Source: Spirochaetota bacterium (GTDB lineage: Bacteria > Spirochaetota > Spirochaetia > SPDA01 > JAJSAL01). From it: 64,000 nt of DNA. The position numbers and the translations under genes were made by a program. Location of the stretch: positions 1,684 to 65,683 of the forward strand of contig JAJSAL010000041.1 in assembly GCA_024274705.1 (NCBI GenBank), read 5' to 3'. Positions 1-9,274 of this stretch are shown in pieces. The notes beneath the pieces are model-generated. The model had not been told where the DNA came from. It saw only the letters and a list, made by a program, of their open reading frames with translations, and ran no database searches. The stretch's first letter is position 1. Each line of letters starts with the position of its first letter.

Positions 1-57
1 ACGGATAATGCGGATATTGAAAAGATCGGACTTCTTATGGCAGGGGTTGGAGCATGA
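1..57 (+). CDS. C-terminal end of a sugar/nucleoside (CUT2) ABC ATPase, truncated by the window edge
   Basis: Frame 1 reads TDNADIEKIGLLMAGVGA*, matching the 'EEIGLMMAG' end of the ATPase at 9275; ATGA overlap with the next gene. Confidence 0.8.
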   Translation, partial: TDNADIEKIGLLMAGVGA

Positions 58-1148
58 CTGAGGGACCGCAGCTGAAACGGAAATGGAAATGGAGATTCGA
101 AAAACGGGATCGTACCGGACCTCTGATACAGCTGGCTGCACTGATCGGCGGTTTGACCGGGGCCCTTCTCATCAGTGCCATACTGATCGTCACGGCAAAG
201 GCTGATATATGGCTTGCATTCGGATCACTGTTTCGAGGAGCATTTGGAGGCTGGTATGCTTTTACCCAGACCCTTATCCAGTCTACGCCTCTCATTTTTA
301 CGGGTCTGGCAGTGCTTGTTTCGTTCAAGGCGAAGATATTCAATATCGGAGCTGAAGGACAGTTTTTTGCAGGTGCAATGGCAGCTTTCTGGGTAAGCAT
401 CAGTCTTGCCGGATTCCCCCGTCCTGTTGCCGTTCTTATCATAGTCCTCGCTTCCCTGTTTGGAGGAGCTCTGTACGGAGCAATCCCGGGAATTCTAAAA
501 GCCGTGCTCGGAGTAAACGAAATCATTGTTACGGTTATGATGAATTACATCATCCAATTCATACTTTCCTACATGATCTCAAATCACTGGAGGGATCCAG
601 GCGATTACTACCTGCAGACGGCATTTATCCCTGAGAATGTCAGGTTTCCAATGGTGCTGCCTCACAGCAGGGTCCACCTGGGGTTCCTGTTGGCGGTTAC
701 CGCTGCGGTAGTGATCTTCTGCTTTCTGTGGAAGACACCATCGGGTTTTGAGATACGGGCTCTCGGTGAAAGCCGGTCGGCTTCACGGTATAAAGGTATC
801 GATACAAAAAGGATTATCATCCTCGTGATGGTCATAAGCGGGGCAATTGCCGGTCTTGCCGGAGGGAGTGAGATCGCCGGGGTGCATCACCGGCTCCGGC
901 TCGATATATCAACAGGCTACGGGTATACGGGGATTATCATTGCACTGCTGGGAAAACTGCATCCATTCGGGGTGGTTGCAGCGGCTGTCTTTTTCGGTGC
1001 TTTGGTAAACGGTTCCACCTCGATGCAAGTCAGTGCCGGAGTTCCTGTTGCCCTTGTATATGCCCTGCAGAGCCTGGTACTCATCTGTGTTATGGCAGCA
1101 GAGGTTCTTTCTCAATACAGAATCCGGAGAGTATATGATGTTGAGTGA
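54..1148 (+). CDS. Nucleoside-type ABC transporter permease (BPD_transp_2)
   Basis: Multiple TM segments; FNIGAEGQ and GYGYTGIIIALLG motifs. Confidence 0.9.
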   Translation: MTEGPQLKRKWKWRFEKRDRTGPLIQLAALIGGLTGALLISAILIVTAKADIWLAFGSLFRGAFGGWYAFTQTLIQSTPLIFTGLAVLVSFKAKIFNIGAEGQFFAGAMAAFWVSISLAGFPRPVAVLIIVLASLFGGALYGAIPGILKAVLGVNEIIVTVMMNYIIQFILSYMISNHWRDPGDYYLQTAFIPENVRFPMVLPHSRVHLGFLLAVTAAVVIFCFLWKTPSGFEIRALGESRSASRYKGIDTKRIIILVMVISGAIAGLAGGSEIAGVHHRLRLDISTGYGYTGIIIALLGKLHPFGVVAAAVFFGALVNGSTSMQVSAGVPVALVYALQSLVLICVMAAEVLSQYRIRRVYDVE

Positions 1149-2082
1149 GATTCTTACAAGTGCTTTTTTTACAAGCCTCTTCTCCGGAATGCTCAGGATT
1201 ACGACCCCTATTTTGTTCGGAGCCACCGGGTTGGTTGTTACCAACAGGTCCGGAATTCTCAATCTCGGCGTCGAAGGTGCTATGCTGATGGGCTCTTTTG
1301 TAGGTTTTCTCGTTGCTTATCAGAGCGGCTCTTTATGGCAGGGAGTGTTTATGGCGGCTGTTGGCGGCGGAATTGTGGGCCTGTTGATGGCGTTCATGTC
1401 GGTAACTTTAAGGGTCAACCAGACGGTTGCCGGTCTCGCCATTAACCTGTTATTTACAGGTGTTACCCTTTACCTGTACAGAATTATTTTCGCTGATTTC
1501 TCCGGTTCGATTCTGCCTAATGTTGAAATTTTTCAGGCAGTGCACATACCCGGTCTTTCGGAAATCCCGGTGATCGGAGAGGTGGTTTTCTCTCAACAGA
1601 TCCTCACGTATATCGGATTTCTCTTTGTTCCCCTTGTATTCTACTTTTTATACAGGACGAAATACGGTTTGATACTGCGCTGCATTGGAGAGAACCCCGC
1701 CGCAATTGACATGAAAGGGGTAAATATCAGCGCTTACCGGTATGGAGCAACGATATTCGGCGGTATGATGGCAGGTGTTGGCGGAGTATTCCTTACGGTA
1801 GCTTCCGCGGGCTTGTTCATGCAGGGTATAACCGGCGGCCGGGGCTGGATCGTTATCGCCATCGTCATTTTCGGTGACTGGAAACCGGTACGGATCATGC
1901 TGCTCAGTATGTTTTTCGGTCTGATAGATTCTTTTTCACTTCAGCTGCAGGGTGTGGGCATTAATTTTCCGTACCAGTTTCTCCTGACACTCCCGTATGT
2001 CTTCACCATTTTGGGCATTACCCTGGGAGGCCGCCGGGCTGGAGCGCCCCTCGCATTGGGGGTACATTATTCACGGGAATAG
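1135..2082 (+). CDS. Nucleoside-type ABC transporter permease, second subunit
   Basis: SGILNLGVEG, GENP..A, GRGWIVIA and LPYV motifs; start moved to ATG 1135, overlapping the upstream stop. Confidence 0.88.
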   Translation: MMLSEILTSAFFTSLFSGMLRITTPILFGATGLVVTNRSGILNLGVEGAMLMGSFVGFLVAYQSGSLWQGVFMAAVGGGIVGLLMAFMSVTLRVNQTVAGLAINLLFTGVTLYLYRIIFADFSGSILPNVEIFQAVHIPGLSEIPVIGEVVFSQQILTYIGFLFVPLVFYFLYRTKYGLILRCIGENPAAIDMKGVNISAYRYGATIFGGMMAGVGGVFLTVASAGLFMQGITGGRGWIVIAIVIFGDWKPVRIMLLSMFFGLIDSFSLQLQGVGINFPYQFLLTLPYVFTILGITLGGRRAGAPLALGVHYSRE

Positions 2083-2118
2083 AAAAGGATGGTACTTTGA
2101 GCATCCCTTTGGCTGTTT

Positions 2119-2394
2119 TCAGTTGATGCGCTCGATTTTCACGATAACCCGTCCTTCCGGATCAGGGCAGGTGAGCCGGACGGATCCCCCGGCATCTTCC
2201 CATCCGAAGGCTCCTCCGGCGGCAAAGGTCATGCACGCGGGAAACGCATTGTGTACCAGTTCCGCACACCATCCCTCCGTGTTCTCCAGCACCATAGGTC
2301 CCTTGTCTCTGATAATAAAGGAATCACCGGTTTTCATGCCTGCATGGCATACTCCCTGTATTTTCTCAACCGTGACCCGGACACTCTTTTTCAT
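2119..2394 (-). CDS. TIGR04076-family small Cys-rich protein
   Basis: GxC..G.K.GD.F, G.C, and CPDP...V..KIER pattern; GGGAGG RBS. Confidence 0.75.
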   Translation of the reverse strand: MKKSVRVTVEKIQGVCHAGMKTGDSFIIRDKGPMVLENTEGWCAELVHNAFPACMTFAAGGAFGWEDAGGSVRLTCPDPEGRVIVKIERIN

Positions 2395-2517
2395 CGATTC
2401 CTCCCTGCCGCTGTGTCATGTCTCCCGTAGCATAGTGGAATTCCCGGGTCCGGACAATATCAAAAGGAAGCGGGACCAACTGTTTTATACCATCACTACC
2501 CGGTTGTTTAATAGAGG

Positions 2518-2546
2518 TTGTTTTTCGTACCGTTCCGGCTGATAAT
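2518..2546 (+). promoter_or_regulatory. Putative sigma70 promoter of the mttB-like gene
   Basis: TTGTTT-17bp-GATAAT, overlapped by inverted repeat GTTCCGG/CCGGAAC (2532-2560). Confidence 0.4.
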
Positions 2547-2572
2547 GGAGTATCCGGAACCAGGAGGTATAC

Positions 2573-4063
2573 ATGGCAAAGCCGCTTACTGTACGAATTG
2601 CAAGTGAGAACGAAATCGAGTTGCTGAAGAAACACGTCTCTCACCTCATGGCAAAGCGGGGCATCAAGGTAAGTCACCCCGAACTCTTAGGGTACGTTAA
2701 AAAGGCCGGAGCGGAAGTTGATGAACGGCAGAACGCTTCGTATATCAGGTTTCCGGCGGAAATGCAGAAAGAACTGATCGGTCAAATTCCCGGGGAATTC
2801 CTCCTTGCAGGCCGCGAACAGGAAGGGGATATCGTTCTTCCCCACCGGGAAAACCTTTTCTACACCCGGCCTGTTATGGGGAGTTTGTTCATTACCACGG
2901 AGACCGGAGAAGAGCGCCTGGTCAATATCGGGGATGTGGCGGAGTATGCCCAGCTGGTGGATCAGTTGGATCATATCAACATGTACTGCAGCCTGACCTA
3001 CGCACTGGGAGAATTTCCTCCAACAACTACGGATGTGAATTGTCTCTTTCAGAATTTAAGCAATAACAGAAAAAAACATGGGTATATACAGCCCTACGAG
3101 GCTGGAAACGCACGGTATATCATTGAAATGGCTGTCGCCGTTTCCGGCGGTGTGGAAAACTATACGAAACGTCCGATTATCACCTCTTTTTCCACGATTA
3201 CCGAGCCCTTTATGCTCAAGGACATGGACGCGGAATCCCTGGTGCGGTACTCCGAACTGGGAGTGCCCATATCCTGTGGTTCCCTGTGTACTGCCGGAGC
3301 AAATGTTCCCATCACCCCCGCCGGAACAGCCCTGATGGGCGCTTCTCAGGCACTCTGTATCGCCCTCCTTACCCAGTGCGTTAATCCCGGCACCCCATGC
3401 TATATATCCGTACAGCCTCTTATGCTTGATATGATGAGTACTTATACCCTCCAGTCCAATCCCGGTACCAACCACACCCGGATGCTGATCGCCCAGCTCA
3501 TTCGGGAAGGGTACGGCCTTCACTATAATGTGACCGGAGGAGGAAGCGACTCTTTCAAGCCCGGTATGGAATCGGTGGCAAATATCGTCATGGCTACCAT
3601 GTCCTCCTCCCTTTCGGGTGCTACCTTCCTGGCGAACCACGGTATGGTACAGACGTTCAAGCGTTTCAGCCCCCTCCAGCTTATTATCGACAATGAAATC
3701 ATCGGTATGGTAAAAGAGCTCCGGAAAGGTCTCGAAATCGACGAAGAATCTCTGGACTATGAAGAAATCCTTACCATCGGCGAGGGGGAGAGCTTTATCG
3801 ACAAGGAGCACAATCTCCGCCATTACAGGGAGGTATACCGGCCGCAGCTGTTCAACTCCGTGTCCAGGGAACAGTGGGAAGCTGCGGGAGCTAAAGGGCT
3901 ACCGGAGCGGGCAAGGGATCTCTACTCTGACTTCAAAAAAGGTTTCGAACCCCGTATGCTGCCGGATGACATACGAAAAGAGCTGGAGCGTATTGTCACC
4001 CGGGCGAACAGGGACCTGGCAGGTGAGAGCATCGATTTCAGCCGTTTTTACAGGAGGAGATGA
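2573..4063 (+). CDS. MttB-superfamily (trimethylamine methyltransferase-like) corrinoid methyltransferase, non-pyrrolysine
   Basis: 496 aa; GANVPITPAG, SDS and FSPLQLIIDNEI motifs; C-terminal 'REQWEAAG..L.ERA'; no in-frame TAG; AGGAGG RBS. Confidence 0.8.
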   Translation: MAKPLTVRIASENEIELLKKHVSHLMAKRGIKVSHPELLGYVKKAGAEVDERQNASYIRFPAEMQKELIGQIPGEFLLAGREQEGDIVLPHRENLFYTRPVMGSLFITTETGEERLVNIGDVAEYAQLVDQLDHINMYCSLTYALGEFPPTTTDVNCLFQNLSNNRKKHGYIQPYEAGNARYIIEMAVAVSGGVENYTKRPIITSFSTITEPFMLKDMDAESLVRYSELGVPISCGSLCTAGANVPITPAGTALMGASQALCIALLTQCVNPGTPCYISVQPLMLDMMSTYTLQSNPGTNHTRMLIAQLIREGYGLHYNVTGGGSDSFKPGMESVANIVMATMSSSLSGATFLANHGMVQTFKRFSPLQLIIDNEIIGMVKELRKGLEIDEESLDYEEILTIGEGESFIDKEHNLRHYREVYRPQLFNSVSREQWEAAGAKGLPERARDLYSDFKKGFEPRMLPDDIRKELERIVTRANRDLAGESIDFSRFYRRR

Positions 4064-4680
4064 TCGTGCCGAGAATACTGGGAATTTGCGGAAGCCCCAG
4101 GGGGAAATCAGGAACCGAGTATGCCCTTCGGAAAGCGCTTAAGGAAGTTGAAAAAACCGGGGTGGAAACAGAACTGATTACTTTGAGGGCGAAGGAGATG
4201 GGGTTCTGCATTCACTGTGACAAGTGCATCCGGGAGGAGAGCCGGAAGTGCCTGGTACATGATGACGACATGACGCTTATGTATGATCCGTTTTACTATG
4301 CCGACGGGTATATCATCGCCTGCCCGGTGTACAAGATGTCTGTAACCGGTCAGCTGTCGGTCTTCTTCGACCGTCTCCGTCCCATCTGGAACATGCTGAA
4401 AAAGGACCGGGCATTCTTCTACAATAAAATAGGCGGGGCCATTGCCGTAGGCGGATCAAGAAACGGCGGGCAGGAGACCACGATCGAACGGATACAGAAC
4501 TTCTACAACTCACTGGGAGTAACGATTGTCAACCTGGGAACTCCCGCGTTCGGCGGTGCTTCCCTGTGGAGCCACTCCGGATCATATGAAGGCCTCCTTA
4601 CGGATGAATCCGGCCTGGAAGATGCGAAGAGGGTGGGAGAAAGGGTGGCCCGGATGGTGTTGACCATAGCCCCGGTTTAA
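4060..4680 (+). CDS. Iron-sulfur flavoprotein (Isf / flavodoxin family)
   Basis: GSPR..GT, CIHCDKC..C, PVY and GGSRNGGQE motifs. Confidence 0.88.
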   Translation: MIVPRILGICGSPRGKSGTEYALRKALKEVEKTGVETELITLRAKEMGFCIHCDKCIREESRKCLVHDDDMTLMYDPFYYADGYIIACPVYKMSVTGQLSVFFDRLRPIWNMLKKDRAFFYNKIGGAIAVGGSRNGGQETTIERIQNFYNSLGVTIVNLGTPAFGGASLWSHSGSYEGLLTDESGLEDAKRVGERVARMVLTIAPV

Positions 4681-4811
4681 GACCGTCGGCGCAGAAGCGA
4701 CAGTTTGACATTCACCGGTACTATTCCCCCCGCAGGGTCTTATTGTTTGTCAATCGTGACAAAGTACGTGTCACCGTTTATAGTCAGCGTAATATGCTGG
4801 TCCTGCACGGT

Positions 4812-6065
4812 CTACTTCTTCCCCATAGCGGCGGGGCTAATATACGACGTCAAAGTTAATTCCCGTTGGATCACCACCTTGCCTTTGAGCATGACAACGG
4901 ATTTGAAACCCTGGTCGATGACCGCGCTGTACGGGTCGGGGGTATCTATGATAACCAGATCCGCCGAAGCTCCTTCCCGTAACCCGTAATCGTCTAAACC
5001 CATGGTAAGGGCGGGGTTACCGGTGATCATGGGGAGTGTTTCAAGAAATGCTTCCCTTGTTCCCGCCTGGAAAATCTGGGCTGCCAGCAGCGCTTCTTCA
5101 AGAAGATCGCCGTTGCCGTATGGCCGGAAGGGATCACGGATGTTGTCCGAGGCCAGGGAGATATTCACCCCGGCATCCAGGAACTCCCTGATACGGGTGG
5201 TCCCCCGTCTCCGGTTTACAGTGTCACCCCTTCCCATGAGATAGAGATTGCACGCAGGAAGGGTAACGATATTCAAGCCCGCATCCTTCACTTTCTTTAT
5301 AATCTCCGATGCCTTCTTCGCCGGAACCGCCGACAGGGAAGTACAGTGACCTGCTGTGACCCTCCCCTCCATTCCCTCTTTTATCGTCTTTTCCGCCAGG
5401 TATTCAAGGGCCGATGCGTCGGGATCATCACTCTCATCCACGTGCAGGTCCAGGGGTACAACGTAGTACTTTGCAAGATCGAATAGAGTATCGGTAAATA
5501 CTGCATGGTCCTCGCTCAGCGTCGGGCATCCGCCGAGACCGTCGGCCCCGGTTTTAAGGATTTTTTCGGTCCGTTCATACACATGGTCTCCCTTTTCGAG
5601 TCTTTTCACAGCCCCGGGGAACACGACAAGCTGCAGTGTGATCATCTCCTGAAAGAGCTTTTTCAATTCGAGGGAGGCGTTCCATATCCGCATTCCCGTG
5701 GAAGGCTGAATGGTGATGTGAGTCCGGATACCGGAAACCCCCTGACGGATGGACATCTCCACCATTTCGATACCACGCCGGAGAATATCTTCTTCATCCG
5801 CGGTTTCAAAATAACGGTCCATGTTTTCTATTGCTTCGTGAAGGGTCCCGGAAGTGTTGGGAACATGGCCGCTGGTTAATGATTTGTCCGTATGGGTATG
5901 CACGTCAACAAAGCCGGGAAAAATAGTTTTTCCCGCTGCGTCTATCGTCTTTCCGGCTGTTCCCCTTAAGGAGGGTCCTATCGCCGCTATCTTTCCACCC
6001 TCCACGGCGAGGTCCTGTACTCCTTTTTGAAAAAGGTGGCCGCCTTTTATAATATATTCATACAT
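4812..6065 (-). CDS. Cytosine/creatinine deaminase-like amidohydrolase (CodA family)
   Basis: PGFVDVHTHTDK, IRTH, DLHVDE, GHCTSL and SDNIRDPF motifs. Confidence 0.88.
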   Translation of the reverse strand: MYEYIIKGGHLFQKGVQDLAVEGGKIAAIGPSLRGTAGKTIDAAGKTIFPGFVDVHTHTDKSLTSGHVPNTSGTLHEAIENMDRYFETADEEDILRRGIEMVEMSIRQGVSGIRTHITIQPSTGMRIWNASLELKKLFQEMITLQLVVFPGAVKRLEKGDHVYERTEKILKTGADGLGGCPTLSEDHAVFTDTLFDLAKYYVVPLDLHVDESDDPDASALEYLAEKTIKEGMEGRVTAGHCTSLSAVPAKKASEIIKKVKDAGLNIVTLPACNLYLMGRGDTVNRRRGTTRIREFLDAGVNISLASDNIRDPFRPYGNGDLLEEALLAAQIFQAGTREAFLETLPMITGNPALTMGLDDYGLREGASADLVIIDTPDPYSAVIDQGFKSVVMLKGKVVIQRELTLTSYISPAAMGKK

Positions 6066-6102
6066 ATGAATCAACCTTTTATAATATGAATGTATATTTA
6101 TA

Positions 6103-6131
6103 TTGATTTATACTAAATCGTATGCTACAAT
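6103..6131 (+). promoter_or_regulatory. sigma70 promoter of the BMP operon with an overlapping inverted repeat
   Basis: TTGATT-17bp-TACAAT with TG extension; GATTTA-tac-TAAATC at 6105-6119. Confidence 0.55.
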
Positions 6132-6161
6132 ATTGTTACAAAAAAAACAAGGAGTTAGAGT

Positions 6162-7160
6162 ATGAAAAGGATTCTTGTCGTTCTCACGATTCTCCTGCTG
6201 GTTTCTTTTTCCCTCTTTGCAGGGGGACAGAAAGAGGACGGAAAGGGAGAGGACACCCTGAAAATCGCTGCATTGCTTCCGGGACCTATCAATGACGGCG
6301 GATGGAACACGCTGATGTACGCTTCTCTTAAACATCAGGAAGAGGTATTCGGTGCAGAAATTGCATACACCGAACGAACCCCTGCGTCGGATTATGAAGA
6401 GATATTCCGCGGATATGCCGAGAGCGGGTATGACATCATCTTCGGGCACGGGTTCGAGTTCGGCGATTCCGCCAAAAAGGTAGCTCCCGACTATCCCGAT
6501 GTTGTGTTTATTATCAACAGCACCAACATTGCCCAGGAGCCGAACGTCGGTTCGTTCCTCGTATACGACTTCCAGTGCGGTTTTGCCCAGGGGGCGATTG
6601 CAGCTATTGTTACCAAAAGTAATGTTGTCGGTTACATCGGCGGTATGGAAATTCCCCCTATCGTAAACCAGGGGAAGGGATTTCTCGCAGGAGCAAAGTA
6701 TGTCAATCCCGACATCAAGGCGAAATTTCTCCTCACCGGTGACTTTGCCGATATTGCAAAGGCAAAGGAGATGGCCAAATCACTTATTTCGGAGGGCGCG
6801 GATATTATTGTAGCCGATGCCGATGAAGCAAGCCACGGAGTTATCGAGGCTGTTGAAGAAGACGGCGGATGGGTCATCGGAAGCTCCGGCGATTTGTATG
6901 AAACCGTCCCGGAAGCCCGGCCTGTTGTGCTAACAAGTATTACCGAAGATATGCCTAAGGGTCATGAACTTGTGGTAAGTGATATTGTAAGCGGAACGTT
7001 TTCTCCCGGGAATTACCTGATCGGTTTCGGCGACGGAGCGGTCGATCTGGCTCCCCTGCGCGAAAGCGAAGACCACCTGACAAAGGAACAGGTAAAGAAA
7101 ATTAATGATATAATTGCGGGCCTTAAAGACGGTTCTATCGACGTTTCCAAGTACGAATAA
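6162..7160 (+). CDS. BMP-family (PnrA/TmpC-like) nucleoside-binding protein
   Basis: Signal peptide LFAGGQKE; PGPINDGGWN, GYDIIFGHGFEF and VGYIGG motifs. Confidence 0.88.
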   Translation: MKRILVVLTILLLVSFSLFAGGQKEDGKGEDTLKIAALLPGPINDGGWNTLMYASLKHQEEVFGAEIAYTERTPASDYEEIFRGYAESGYDIIFGHGFEFGDSAKKVAPDYPDVVFIINSTNIAQEPNVGSFLVYDFQCGFAQGAIAAIVTKSNVVGYIGGMEIPPIVNQGKGFLAGAKYVNPDIKAKFLLTGDFADIAKAKEMAKSLISEGADIIVADADEASHGVIEAVEEDGGWVIGSSGDLYETVPEARPVVLTSITEDMPKGHELVVSDIVSGTFSPGNYLIGFGDGAVDLAPLRESEDHLTKEQVKKINDIIAGLKDGSIDVSKYE

Positions 7161-7176
7161 TTTCTAACCTTAAGAC

Positions 7177-7228
7177 GGGAGGCGGGGTGTATCAGTGATA
7201 TCTGATCGCCCTGTCGCCCCTTTTTTTT
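7177..7228 (+). terminator. GC-rich stem-loop with U-tract after the binding-protein gene
   Basis: GGGAGGCGGGGTG..ATCAG/CTGAT..CGCCCTGTCGCCCC followed by T8. Confidence 0.6.
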
Positions 7229-7249
7229 AAGTCAATATCAGGAATATGT

Positions 7250-8326
7250 GTGATTAAGAATAAGCTTTTTTCAGGTGCTCATACACGGTATGAAAGAGTT
7301 GTCATCCAGGTGGCTTCCATCCTCGTCGCCTTTCTGTTAGGCGCCCTTGTAATAAAGATCATTGGTATATCTCCTCTGAAAGCGTACAGCGCACTTTTAA
7401 ACGGCGCTTTCGGCAGCCGGAACGCGATCGGGGAAACCATGGTGAAAATGACCCCGCTGATCCTTACCGGTTTGAGTTACGCCTTTGCCGCCCGGGCGGG
7501 GCTTATCAATATCGGTGCCGAAGGACAACTTTATATCGGTGGTATTATGGCTACGCTCATCGGTACGAATTTTCCGGGACTGCCCATGATCATCCACCTT
7601 CCCTTTGCGATTACGGGAGGGTTTATGGGCGGCGCCGCCTGGGGGATGCTCGTGGGATGGATGAAGGTAAGGTTCGGAGCAAACGAGATCATTACCACGG
7701 TAATGCTGAACTACATTGCCGTATTTCTTGTGAGTTTCCTGGTAACCGGTCCCATGAAATCACCGGTAGCGGATATGCCCGAAAGTCGTGGGATACTCGA
7801 TTCCGCCACGCTGGTACGGATCATTCCCGGGACAAGGCTGCACTTCGGTTTCCTCATCGCCGTGGGCGCGTTGATTTACTACTACTTTTTCATCTGGAAG
7901 ATGCGGCAGGGGTATGAGATCCGGGTGGTAGGACACAACATGGAGGCTGCCCGGGCCGCCGGTATGAAACCGGGGAAAACCATGCTCCTCGCCATGTTCC
8001 TCGCAGGCGGTATGGGAGGACTCGCGGGGGCCGTGGAAATACTTGCAATCCAGGGAAGACTCTTGCAGGCATTTTCTCCGGGATACGGCTTTGACGGAAT
8101 TGCCGTTGCCCTGGTGGGATTGAACAACCCCCTCGGTATCTTCCTCGGGGCAATGCTCTTCGGGTTCCTGAGAGCCGGAGGAAACAGGATGCAGATGCTT
8201 GCGAAAGTTCCCATCTCCGTTATCTATGTTATCCAGGGGCTGGTAATCGTTTTCGTCATTATCGGACAGAATGTTAAAGTGTTCGGGAAGAGGCCATTAC
8301 GTACGGCGGTAAAAGAGGTGACATGA
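7250..8326 (+). CDS. Nucleoside-type ABC permease
   Basis: GLINIGAEGQ and GYGFDGIAVA motifs. Confidence 0.9.
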   Translation: MIKNKLFSGAHTRYERVVIQVASILVAFLLGALVIKIIGISPLKAYSALLNGAFGSRNAIGETMVKMTPLILTGLSYAFAARAGLINIGAEGQLYIGGIMATLIGTNFPGLPMIIHLPFAITGGFMGGAAWGMLVGWMKVRFGANEIITTVMLNYIAVFLVSFLVTGPMKSPVADMPESRGILDSATLVRIIPGTRLHFGFLIAVGALIYYYFFIWKMRQGYEIRVVGHNMEAARAAGMKPGKTMLLAMFLAGGMGGLAGAVEILAIQGRLLQAFSPGYGFDGIAVALVGLNNPLGIFLGAMLFGFLRAGGNRMQMLAKVPISVIYVIQGLVIVFVIIGQNVKVFGKRPLRTAVKEVT

Positions 8327-8327
8327 C

Positions 8328-9263
8328 ATGGAAAAGGCAGTGGATTTTATTACGTATATTCTATCTACCGACTTACGTACAGCGGCTCCGATCCTCATTG
8401 CCGCCCTGGGACTGGTGCTCATGGAGAAAAGCGGAGTGGTCAATATCGGTTGTGAGGGGATGATGCTGATAGGTTCCTTTTCAGGGGTTTTTTTCGCCAG
8501 GCTCTTCGGCAGCCCCTGGATGGGGATGCTGTCTGCAGGAATCGTGGGAATGATCGTGGGTATTCTTTTCGCATATATCGTTGTTACACTTGGAGCGAAC
8601 CAGATCGTTACCGGTATAGCCTTTAATATTATCGCCCTTGGGTTGACTTCCACGTTGAACCGGCTGATCTACGGGGTCACGAGCCAGGCAGCCAGGGCAC
8701 CTGGTTTCGAGTACGTCTCTATTCCGCTTTTTAACAAAATCCCGGTTATCGGTGAAGCATTGTTCAGCCAGATGGTGCCGGTGTATCTCGCTTTGGGGTT
8801 AGTACCAATCATACAATGGTTTTTTATGAAGACCACCGTTGGTTTGAAAGTACGGTCGGTGGGTGAGCATCCCCGTGCGGCGGATACCGCTGGGATCGAT
8901 GTGTCCGCCGTCCGGTATGGGACCATTCTCGCAGGCTCATTCCTGATCGGAGCAGCCGGGTCATTTCTCTCCCTGGGGCTTTTAAGTCTTTTTACGGAAA
9001 ACATGGTAAGCGGCCGGGGATTTATCGCTTTGGCTGTAGTAATTTTCGGTAAATGGACTCCCTGGGGAATTCTCGGGGCCGCCCTGGTTTTCGGCTTAGG
9101 GGACGCGGTTCAAATCAAGATCCAGACAATCGGCAGTGCCGTACCGTATCAGTTTCTCATGATGGTTCCTTATATTCTGACAATTTTTGCGCTTGCGGGA
9201 TTCGTCGGACGCTCCCAGGCTCCTGCCGCATCAGGAAAGCCCTTCAGAAGCGGGAAAACATAG
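8328..9263 (+). CDS. Nucleoside-type ABC permease, second subunit
   Basis: EKSGVVNIGCEG, GEHP.AA, GRGFIALA and PY motifs. Confidence 0.9.
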   Translation: MEKAVDFITYILSTDLRTAAPILIAALGLVLMEKSGVVNIGCEGMMLIGSFSGVFFARLFGSPWMGMLSAGIVGMIVGILFAYIVVTLGANQIVTGIAFNIIALGLTSTLNRLIYGVTSQAARAPGFEYVSIPLFNKIPVIGEALFSQMVPVYLALGLVPIIQWFFMKTTVGLKVRSVGEHPRAADTAGIDVSAVRYGTILAGSFLIGAAGSFLSLGLLSLFTENMVSGRGFIALAVVIFGKWTPWGILGAALVFGLGDAVQIKIQTIGSAVPYQFLMMVPYILTIFALAGFVGRSQAPAASGKPFRSGKT

Positions 9264-9274
9264 GGAGGATAAGC

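Noticed and set aside
2573-4063. Pyrrolysine recoding in the MttB-family gene
   Set aside because: The ORF is continuous with no in-frame TAG, and the equivalent position appears to be Gly
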